Both the position numbers and the translations under genes were made by a program. Below the pieces are notes generated by a model. That model searched no databases, was not told where the DNA came from, and saw only the letters and a list, made by a program, of their open reading frames with translations. DNA of 64,000 nucleotides from an uncultured Chromatiaceae bacterium (GTDB lineage: Bacteria; Pseudomonadota; Gammaproteobacteria; DRLM01): the NCBI GenBank assembly GCA_945787555.1, contig CALZJG010000026.1, positions 230 to 64,229 of the forward strand, in the 5' to 3' direction. Positions 48,184 through 56,269 of this stretch are shown in pieces; position 1 is the stretch's first letter, and every line of letters starts with the position of its first letter.

Positions 48184-51100
48184 CGATGTACAACTCGCCT
48201 TGTTCCTGTTTGCCGTAGCGCGCTGGCATCAACTTGCTCAGCGCCGCGTAACTCTTCTGCACCCATTCGTCGTAGAGATTTTGCTTGGCGGTCCGTTGCG
48301 CATTCGATTCGTGCAGTGCGATGGCCTGCTCCTCGAAGGGGTAAGCTTGCTCCTCGAGCAGAATATCGTATTGCTCCAACTCTAACTCGTTGAGTCCCTT
48401 GGGGCGTTCGGAGTTCATTAGATCCGTGCTGAAGTCGCCATAAATTTGCGCGATGCGGTAGGTGGCGGCAGTGGTGATGTCGCCGATGCCGTACTCGGCC
48501 GCTCGTTTATAGGCCGCCAGCGAGGCTTCCATTTTAGTCTTTTTCACCTTCAGACTCTTGTTCAGCGGATGGGTTAGCGTGGCGTCCTTGAACTCCGCCA
48601 GCCCCGCCTCGGCCAGGGTAAAGGTGGCATGGGCGGCAAGATAGCGGGTGCGCTCGGTGCGTGCCGCGCCGCCGCGTTGATCGGCGTCGATAATGCGTTG
48701 CAGCCATGAATGTTGCTTAGTGGTGGCGGTTTGTTGTGCATAAAGTTCGGCTATGCGTTGCATACCTTCCACGGCTTCTTGCAGCGGCGCGGGGTAGCGC
48801 GACACATAGTCCGTGAATACCCGTATTGCGTCGTCGCGGCGTTCGGCGCGTACGTACATTTCAGCGGATTGCCAAATGGCGTCGCGGCGTAGCTCCTCGC
48901 TTTCGCCATGCTCGGCGAGGCGCTCCAATTCGGTGGCGGCCTTGCGCCAATCGCCGATCTCTTGATAAGCCAGCGCCAGCTTGGTGTCCACGTTTCTTTG
49001 CAGTTCGTGGTTGGGGTAATCTTTGCGGAAGCGCTCCAGTGCTTTGATGGCGGCGGGAGTGTCCTGCAAGGTTAGCAAGGCGGTGGCGGCGTCGAAATCG
49101 GCGCTGGGCCGCGCGCTCGATTCGGGCACGATCTTGCCGAGGCGCTGAAAATGCGCGACGGCGTTGCTCAGGTCGCCGGCGTCTCGTGCGGTCTCGGCTT
49201 GTTTGTAGATCGCCGCCGCCAGGCGTTCACGCATTGCGGGGCGTGCGGCGTCGCCCTTGGCCGTTAATTGCAGCGCTTCACTGTAAGCGCTTTCAGATTC
49301 TTCATAACGCGCCGTGTCGAAGCGGCCGTGGGCGAGTATGGTCCAGGCATTGCGGCGCAAAGCCGGCTCCGCCGGCGGGTCGATGGTGAGTACGCGCTGC
49401 GCCAGGCTCTCGGCCAGCGCCAAGTCTTTGGAGGCAAACCGTTCCTGTGCGGCATTGGTGAGCGTGGCCGCGATGCGTGGGTCCTGGGGGTAGGTGTGTG
49501 CAAAGCGTTCCGTCGCCGTCAAGGCGCGTTGCCGCCATTGCGCCGATTCAGCGTCGCTCAGTTGCGATTCCAATTTGCGATAAGTCAATAACGCAGCATA
49601 GCCGGCTTCCGCGCCTTTCTCGTGCGTGGCGTACTCATAGGCAGTGTGTTCATAGGCTTCGATGGCCTCAGGATAGCGGCCGGTCTCGTAGAGCAGTTCG
49701 GCGAGCAAGAAATGCGTCTCAGGCGCGCTGGCATCTTGTGGGAAGGCGTTGAGCAATAAGCGATACCAACGCTCGGTGGCGCGGTAATCGGCCGGTTGTT
49801 TGCTCTTTTGCGCCTTGGCGTGGGCATACTGCGCCAATTCATGCAATTGGCTGTTGACCTGAGCGAGCAGGGTTGCGCGATCCTGAGATGCGGGCGCCGT
49901 CTTCCAGTAGTCGCTGCCGGGTTCATATTGCGTGACGAAAGCTTGCTTGGCGTCGATCAGCAAATCGGCGAAGCCGCCTTGTTGGTAGGCGGTCATCACG
50001 CGTGTTTGGAACTCCGGCGCACGCGGGTGCGTGGGGCGACGCGCGACGAAGGCTTGATAGGTGGCGGCGGCATCTTGGATGCGCTCCTGGCTCATATACA
50101 ACTCGGCCAGCGCAGCATAGAGACGGTCTTCGTATTTGCGTGGCCCCACGCGTTCGATGTAACGCGCGATGGATTGTGCTCCGTTGATCTGTGACAGGCC
50201 CAGGCTGGAAACGCGCAGCACGTCGTTGAGCAACTCTTCATCACCGGCGGTGGGGACGGCATCGGTATGCTCCAGTTTACGGTCCAGCAGTTTCATGAAC
50301 GACTCCAGCGCCGTTGCGTAATTGCCGAGACGGTACATCGACCAGCCGTGTTTGTACTGGGCTTTTTCAAAATAGGGTGAGGACGGCCCCATCACCACCA
50401 CCGTGCCGTAGGCCGCGGCGGCTTGATCGGGCACTCCCAACGCGAATAGCAGTTCGCCGCGGCGGAATTGCACTTCGTCGCTGAGGACGCTGGTGGGAAA
50501 CTCGAGCGCCAGGCGTTCCAAGGTGTCGAGCAAGCCGACGGTATCACCGCTGTGATCATAGGCCTTGGCGAGTTGATACAGCACGCGGTCGTTGTCCGGC
50601 TGGTCCGAATAGGATGTCAAGAGCTCCTGATAGCGGGTGATGGCCGCTTCGTACAGCGATTCCGCTTCCTTGACGAGGGTGCGTCCTTCGCCTTCCAGCT
50701 TGCCCACGAGTTGACTGTACTGTGCGTCGGCCTGGGTCATTTCCAGATGCGCGAGGCGCAACAGCGCGGCGCGCCGATGTGGGCTCAGGGGGGCGAACTC
50801 GGCATAGTCGCGATAGGCGACGATAGTGTCCTTGTAGTCATCCTGGCCGGTATCGCTTGCGAGACGATCCAAGCTTTGGGCGAGCCCGAGTCGCGCATCG
50901 GCGAGGTAGGCCTTGAGGGCGCTGCGTTGCGTAGCGAGGGTCTGGCGTAATTGCGCCTCGAGGTAGCGGCGTTGTTCGCCCAGCAAAGTTTCGGTGCGTT
51001 GCGTTAGCTCACGTCGGCGTTGCGCCATCTGCTCGAGGTCTTGATCGTTAGTAACAATGCCGACGGCGGCCAACTCCGCACTCTTATGCAGCATGGCTTG

Positions 51101-52696
51101 GCTGCGACCGGCGCGTGCCAGGGTCTTGTCTAAGTCGATGAAGGCTTTCTTGGTGTCCCACAAGCGCTGTGGATAGACCTGCACCAAGTCCCAGATCATC
51201 AAGCCGCGCAGCAGGCGGTATTTGTCCTGCAATTCATCGACCGCGATCAGGCCTTGCAGACGATTGAGGCTGTCCTGCACGCGTTGTAAGCCGCTCAATA
51301 ATTTCTGTTCGTTGTCCTTGGCCAGCGGCGAGGGATCGCCGGTGATCTCCACCCGCCTCAGTTCGTCTCGAAGCTGCTGCGCGGCAGCTTCGGGCTTGCT
51401 GACGTCGAACTGCTTGCTTTGCTCTAAGGAGCTCGGCAGGCGCTGCCAATGGGCGTCGCGGCGCAAGTCCAGCAGATTCTGAAAGGCGTGCAGGTCATGC
51501 TTCCAGTTACTTAGTTGGTCGTGCAAATAGCGTAGATCGCGATAATGCTTCAGGCCTTCCTGAAAGGGGTGGCTGGCGAGCAAGGGAATGAGATAGGTGA
51601 TGGCGGGATGTTGGGGGGCAGTGGCGGGGCGCCAATACCAATTCACTTCCATTCCAGGCTCGTCGCGCAACAAACGATCCAGTAAACCGTGCTCGATGGC
51701 TTGCACCGCAGCCAAGTCTAAAGCACCTGCCTCATGGTCGTAAGCGGCAATGGCGCGTTGATAGAGTTCGGCGGCTTTGCCCGCTTCCCCTAACTCATAG
51801 TGCGCGCGCGCCAGGCCCAAATACGCCTCGTGTCCGGCCGGCTCATGGGCGGGCGCTTGCGCCAGTGGCGACCAGCTCTCCATAGCGGCGCGGTAATTCC
51901 GTTGTTTATAGGCCGTCCAGCCCAGCCCCAGGCGAGCTTGATCGCGTAGTGGGCCTGCACTGTCGATGCGTTTTAGCGCCTTACGTGCGTGGTCGTTGGC
52001 ATCGAGTTGTAGATAAATGTGGCCCAAGGCCAGATTGATGCGATCCTGCAGGGCTTGCACCGCGCTGTGGGTCGATGGGGTAGATGCCAGTTGTTCGAAC
52101 AGGGTGAGCGCCTCATTGCTGCGCTTGGTTTGCGCCAAGCCGATGGCCAGGTTGTAACGGCCATAGGCGCTCAGTTCGCTTTGACCCTGCAGCCCGCGCA
52201 ACGCGGCCACGGCTTCGCGATCACGGTCGCGCGCGAGCAGTACGAGCCCCAACAAATAGTCACGCTCAGTCTGACTGCGGCCGGGCGCTACGTCGGTAAG
52301 ACGTGAGAGGGTCTCCTCGGCTTGCGGCAGATGGCCACGTTGATAAAACATTTGTGCCAAATTGAGCCATGCTCGATCTGGCAAGGTCCGTTGCATGTGC
52401 AGTTGATTGAGCGCCAGGCCGGCTTGATCCGGTAGGCCGTAACCCAAGTACAAGCCGGCTTGGGTGAGAGCGAGGTCGGCCGCACGTTCCGCTGGCGCTG
52501 ACTCGCTCAACCGACCCAACAGGGTCAAGCCGGAAAAATATTTTTGTTGCAGCGCCTGGTAGGTCGCTTCCTTAAAGTGTAGATCCCACGCCGCCGCGCT
52601 CAACTCAGCGCTGTGCGCGGCCGTCCCCCAGCTCAAGGCGGCGGCCAGCACTAAGGCGCTCGTGCGGCGTATAGTGGTCACCATCGACGTGGTCAT
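48170..52696 (-). CDS. Giant periplasmic TPR-repeat protein (1508 aa)
   Basis: Signal peptide followed by dozens of TPR-like helical repeats along the whole length. 14-nt overlap with the downstream TPR lipoprotein gene. Confidence 0.75.
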   Translation of the reverse strand: MTTSMVTTIRRTSALVLAAALSWGTAAHSAELSAAAWDLHFKEATYQALQQKYFSGLTLLGRLSESAPAERAADLALTQAGLYLGYGLPDQAGLALNQLHMQRTLPDRAWLNLAQMFYQRGHLPQAEETLSRLTDVAPGRSQTERDYLLGLVLLARDRDREAVAALRGLQGQSELSAYGRYNLAIGLAQTKRSNEALTLFEQLASTPSTHSAVQALQDRINLALGHIYLQLDANDHARKALKRIDSAGPLRDQARLGLGWTAYKQRNYRAAMESWSPLAQAPAHEPAGHEAYLGLARAHYELGEAGKAAELYQRAIAAYDHEAGALDLAAVQAIEHGLLDRLLRDEPGMEVNWYWRPATAPQHPAITYLIPLLASHPFQEGLKHYRDLRYLHDQLSNWKHDLHAFQNLLDLRRDAHWQRLPSSLEQSKQFDVSKPEAAAQQLRDELRRVEITGDPSPLAKDNEQKLLSGLQRVQDSLNRLQGLIAVDELQDKYRLLRGLMIWDLVQVYPQRLWDTKKAFIDLDKTLARAGRSQAMLHKSAELAAVGIVTNDQDLEQMAQRRRELTQRTETLLGEQRRYLEAQLRQTLATQRSALKAYLADARLGLAQSLDRLASDTGQDDYKDTIVAYRDYAEFAPLSPHRRAALLRLAHLEMTQADAQYSQLVGKLEGEGRTLVKEAESLYEAAITRYQELLTSYSDQPDNDRVLYQLAKAYDHSGDTVGLLDTLERLALEFPTSVLSDEVQFRRGELLFALGVPDQAAAAYGTVVVMGPSSPYFEKAQYKHGWSMYRLGNYATALESFMKLLDRKLEHTDAVPTAGDEELLNDVLRVSSLGLSQINGAQSIARYIERVGPRKYEDRLYAALAELYMSQERIQDAAATYQAFVARRPTHPRAPEFQTRVMTAYQQGGFADLLIDAKQAFVTQYEPGSDYWKTAPASQDRATLLAQVNSQLHELAQYAHAKAQKSKQPADYRATERWYRLLLNAFPQDASAPETHFLLAELLYETGRYPEAIEAYEHTAYEYATHEKGAEAGYAALLTYRKLESQLSDAESAQWRQRALTATERFAHTYPQDPRIAATLTNAAQERFASKDLALAESLAQRVLTIDPPAEPALRRNAWTILAHGRFDTARYEESESAYSEALQLTAKGDAARPAMRERLAAAIYKQAETARDAGDLSNAVAHFQRLGKIVPESSARPSADFDAATALLTLQDTPAAIKALERFRKDYPNHELQRNVDTKLALAYQEIGDWRKAATELERLAEHGESEELRRDAIWQSAEMYVRAERRDDAIRVFTDYVSRYPAPLQEAVEGMQRIAELYAQQTATTKQHSWLQRIIDADQRGGAARTERTRYLAAHATFTLAEAGLAEFKDATLTHPLNKSLKVKKTKMEASLAAYKRAAEYGIGDITTAATYRIAQIYGDFSTDLMNSERPKGLNELELEQYDILLEEQAYPFEEQAIALHESNAQRTAKQNLYDEWVQKSYAALSKLMPARYGKQEQGELYIDAIY

Positions 52697-52708
52697 GACA
52701 TGCAGGGT

Positions 52709-53257
52709 CTACTCAACTTCTCGAATGGCGATGTTGGGCAGTTCTTGGTTCGAGCCGCTGAGTTTGAGCTCGATGAGTTTTGCAGTCAGGTCTTTTTCGA
52801 AGTCGCCGCTGGCGCTGACTTGGTGTTTCTTGCCTTTGCCATCCTTGCCTAAGAGGGTGGCGGTCACGCGGTGCGGTCCTACGGCGAGATTGCCCAGGTA
52901 TAGCCGCTGCACACCGCCGCGCCGCAGCGCCTCTTGTTCACGGGCGGTATAGAGGTAGTTGGTGACGACTCGCTCATCGAGTTTGAGCTGTATGCTGTCT
53001 AGACCTGCCTCGCCTTGTAGGGAGAGAAACACGACGATTTGAGTCGAGGAGGGCGTCAGCAGTTGCGCCTGCAAGCGTGACAAATCCTTGCTCAGATCCA
53101 GTACGTCTTGTTTGAGATTGATGACGCGGTCTTCCAGACTGCGGAAATTCGGGTCCGGTGTGAGCGAAAAGCGCTCGGGAATATTGCCTTGCAGATCGGC
53201 GCCGGCCGCACACAAGGGTGCTAGGCTCAGCAGGATAGCGAGGAGAGATATCTTCAC
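52709..53257 (-). CDS. Secreted protein of unknown function (cluster-associated)
   Basis: Probable GTG start giving VKISLLAILLSLAPLCAAGA, a signal peptide. Coiled-coil segment DVLDLSKDLSRLQAQLL. The ORF could extend to 53314. Confidence 0.45.
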   Translation of the reverse strand: MKISLLAILLSLAPLCAAGADLQGNIPERFSLTPDPNFRSLEDRVINLKQDVLDLSKDLSRLQAQLLTPSSTQIVVFLSLQGEAGLDSIQLKLDERVVTNYLYTAREQEALRRGGVQRLYLGNLAVGPHRVTATLLGKDGKGKKHQVSASGDFEKDLTAKLIELKLSGSNQELPNIAIREVE

Positions 53258-53382
53258 AAGTGCACCCCACAAATGTTCCTTGCCGTGGCCTCCTTGGGCA
53301 CGGCCAATGCTCAATAGCGATGCCCCTCAGGGCCGGGTCGGTATGTTGCTCAGCGGCGCAGGAAACTGGCAGTCTTGCTGGT

Positions 53383-53964
53383 TCACTGCCACTCCTTCAG
53401 CAACTCGCGTACTTCCGTGTCATACAAAATATCGTCCGTGTCACGATAACCCCGATGGATGTATCGCTGCTTGCCATCTTTATCGACCACCACACTGGTG
53501 GGCATGAGCGTTGCCAGGTAGAGCGGCGCCAAGCGGTTATGCGTGTCCAGGAGCAGCGGGAAGCTGACCTGCAATGCGAGTGCCGTCGAGGCCGCTTCAT
53601 CAGCGGCGACGTCCGAGGCAATCACCAGTACCCGCAGGCCTTGCTCGCGATAGTGCTGGTACAACGCCTCCCAGCGCTCCAGTTCGCGTAGGCATTCACG
53701 GCAGCGGGTTTTCCAGAACACCACCGCCACGACATGTCCGCGGTATTCGCTGAGGCGCAGGTTGTCGCCGGCATGGCTCTTGAGTGTGAAGTCCGCCGCC
53801 GGTTGATTCAGCATGGGATCCAGCGCTTCGGCCGTGGACGAGAGCGGGGGCCAGCTCAACGTGGCGTAGAGAACGGCGGTCACCACAAAACGCCAGCGCC
53901 GGGCCAAGTCCCGTGCTGCACGTGTAGGGGCGCTAGGCGCAGTAAGGCGTCCTGCCGGTGACAT
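53383..53964 (-). CDS. TlpA/ResA-like thiol:disulfide oxidoreductase (redoxin), membrane-anchored
   Basis: N-terminal TM anchor. Thioredoxin fold with VVFWKTRCRECLRE (CxxC). Confidence 0.65.
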   Translation of the reverse strand: MSPAGRLTAPSAPTRAARDLARRWRFVVTAVLYATLSWPPLSSTAEALDPMLNQPAADFTLKSHAGDNLRLSEYRGHVVAVVFWKTRCRECLRELERWEALYQHYREQGLRVLVIASDVAADEAASTALALQVSFPLLLDTHNRLAPLYLATLMPTSVVVDKDGKQRYIHRGYRDTDDILYDTEVRELLKEWQ

Positions 53965-54156
53965 CGTGTCTCGAATATAATTCCACCGCGCTACGCGCGC
54001 GGAAGGCTGCATTTCCTGAAATACGGTGGGTGCACAGCGTAACTGGCCGTAAACCGGGAAGTAGAATATCACAAAGGGCGGGGGCGGTAAGCCCGTGTGA
54101 AGCGTCGGTGTTGGGTAGGCTGGCCGACCGTTGCTAAGGGGTGCCTAGAAACGAGA

Positions 54157-54190
54157 GATGCCCCCGGGCCAGGCCTAGCCCGGGGGCATC
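54157..54190 (-). terminator. Terminator hairpin downstream of prk
   Basis: Perfect 12-bp stem GATGCCCCCGGG-ccaggcctag-CCCGGGGGCATC, 10 nt after the prk stop. Confidence 0.55.
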
Positions 54191-54199
54191 CTTGAGGGT

Positions 54200-55075
54200 C
54201 TAGGCGCCGGTGATCAGGCGCTTCTGCTCCATCATGTCGTGAATGATGGGGGTAAGCATGATCTCCATGGCAAAACCCATCTTGCCGCCCGGCACCACGA
54301 TGGTGTTGGGGCGCGACATCCATGAGCCCTCGATCATTTGCAAGTAATACGGGAAGTCATGCTTCTTCGGGTAGCGGAAGCGGATCACGATGAAGCTTTC
54401 ATCCGGCGTGGGTATGTCACGGGCGATAAAAGGGTTGGAGGTGTCGACACTGGACACACGCTGGAAGTTGATGTCGGTGCGCGAGAACTGCGGCGTAACG
54501 TATTTCACGTAATCGGGCATGCGGCGCAGGATGGTCTCCACGATGGCCTCGGCCGAGTAGCCCCGCTCCTTGTTGTCGCGATGAATTTTCTGTATCCACT
54601 CCAGATTGACGATGGGCACCACGCCGATCAGTAGGTCCACCCACTGGGCCACGTCCGCGCCCTCGGACACGACACCGCCGTGCAGGCCTTCGTAGAACAG
54701 CAGGTCCGAGGCCGGAATGGGCGCCCAGTCCGTGAACGTGCCGGGCTGTGAACCGTGCAGAACCGCTTCCTCGCTGTTGTGCACGTAGTAACGGCGTTGG
54801 CCGCCGCCGGTCTCGCCGTAGGCGCGGAACAATTCTTCCAATTTCTCGAACAGATTGGCCTCGGCGCCGAAGTGACTGATCGTTTTGCCATCATTCTTTG
54901 CGGCCTCGACCACTTTCTTCATCTCGGCGCGGTCGAATTTGTGAAAACTGTCGCCCTCTACAATGGCAGGTTTGATGCCTTCGCGCCGGAAAATATGCTC
55001 GAAAGCATTCTTCACCGTGGTGGTGCCTGCGCCCGATGAGCCGGTTACAGCGATTATGGGATGTTTGTTGGACAT
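54200..55075 (-). CDS. prk: Phosphoribulokinase (bacterial-type, Calvin cycle)
   Basis: IIAVTGSSGAGTTTV P-loop and overall strong similarity to bacterial CbbP/PrkB. 291 aa. Confidence 0.9.
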   Translation of the reverse strand: MSNKHPIIAVTGSSGAGTTTVKNAFEHIFRREGIKPAIVEGDSFHKFDRAEMKKVVEAAKNDGKTISHFGAEANLFEKLEELFRAYGETGGGQRRYYVHNSEEAVLHGSQPGTFTDWAPIPASDLLFYEGLHGGVVSEGADVAQWVDLLIGVVPIVNLEWIQKIHRDNKERGYSAEAIVETILRRMPDYVKYVTPQFSRTDINFQRVSSVDTSNPFIARDIPTPDESFIVIRFRYPKKHDFPYYLQMIEGSWMSRPNTIVVPGGKMGFAMEIMLTPIIHDMMEQKRLITGA

Positions 55076-55359
55076 GATTGAATCCTCTCCAGGTCTTGAA
55101 AAATCCGTTGTGTTGCCGCGTATATTGAGGTTGGCCGGAATACCCGGTGGTTGTGGCGCTGAGAATAACCGCGGCGCCCGCGCGCATTATGTTCCGCGGC
55201 GCGGGCTGAGCCGGCGGTTGGGCGAAAGCGGGAGATTATACGCGAGTCGCTAAGGTTGCAAGCAAGCCGCACGCCGCGCGAACTTGTGCCCGGCTGCTAA
55301 CAGTGCGAATATCATACTATTTTCACCGCCGCTGGGCGGTTACGCGGAGGAGGGGGCCC

Positions 55360-55962
55360 ATGCTGGCCAAAACGCCAATTCTGTGCAAAGCGATTGTTTT
55401 TATTGGGGTGTTAAGCCTGCTGGGCTGCTCCCTACCCGGCACGCGCGTGGATACCGACCATCATCTGGTCAGCCGCGCGGGGGAAGCTTCCTTTGCGGTG
55501 GTTTATTTTTTGCGCCCCGAGCCGGAGCGCACCATGGGCTTTTCCGATAATGTGCTGGCGGTGTCGTTGGACGACCGTCCCTTGCTCACCATAGATAAAG
55601 GTGATTACGCATTGGTGTATATGCGGCCTCGGGTACGCGCGACCTTGACGCTGGAAAACCTCACCGAGGTGGGGCCGACTCATGGTTTTCAGGCTCGAGT
55701 GGAGAACGAAACGGCGCTGTGGCCGCGCCGCGGCGACTGGCCCACCAAGACCATGAGCAAGCATTTCGAGTATGGCTTTACCGCGGGTGAGGTCTATTAC
55801 ATTGTGCTGGAGCCGGTCAATGGCGAGCATCGCGGCGTGTTCTTTAAGCCGCACTTGGTCGACGAGTTCGACGCCAAACAACTGGCCGCGCAATTGCGCC
55901 CGGTTGGTGAGGCGAAAAAAGCGCCTTTAGTGCCGCGTTCCGGTTTTTTGGGCTTGTTCTAG
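55360..55962 (+). CDS. Putative lipoprotein (unknown function)
   Basis: ATG 55360 with GGAGGAGGGGG RBS. Lipobox LLGC-S. 200 aa. Confidence 0.5.
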   Translation: MLAKTPILCKAIVFIGVLSLLGCSLPGTRVDTDHHLVSRAGEASFAVVYFLRPEPERTMGFSDNVLAVSLDDRPLLTIDKGDYALVYMRPRVRATLTLENLTEVGPTHGFQARVENETALWPRRGDWPTKTMSKHFEYGFTAGEVYYIVLEPVNGEHRGVFFKPHLVDEFDAKQLAAQLRPVGEAKKAPLVPRSGFLGLF

Positions 55963-56001
55963 TCGGACGGTCGGCCGCGCTCGTCACGGTTCGACAGGGC
56001 G

Positions 56002-56238
56002 TTAATCCGTGCGTTGGACTTTGAGGGTGGCGCCGTTACTCAGAGTCTCGATGGCGACCACTGAATAACCTTGGCGCCCGAGTCGGGTGGCCAGCCAGTG
56101 AGCGTCATCTTGACTGCGCAGGCGCAAGGCCAGCAGCGCCGCTCTTGGCAAGCGGCTCAAGGCCAACAGGGCCAGTACGTAACCGGCGATGTGGCGGGTT
56201 TCGGTAAGATCCAGCAGTGTTTGGGACGCGTCCAACAT
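56002..56238 (-). CDS. TusA-like fold protein lacking the catalytic cysteine
   Basis: 78 aa. LDLTETRHIAGYVLALLALSRL...SVVAIETLSNGATLKVQR resembles TusA but has no CPxP cysteine. Lies directly downstream of the sulfite reductase gene. Confidence 0.45.
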   Translation of the reverse strand: MLDASQTLLDLTETRHIAGYVLALLALSRLPRAALLALRLRSQDDAHWLATRLGRQGYSVVAIETLSNGATLKVQRTD

Positions 56239-56269
56239 GGCTCACCTCTTGAAATTTCCCCGTTGTTTG

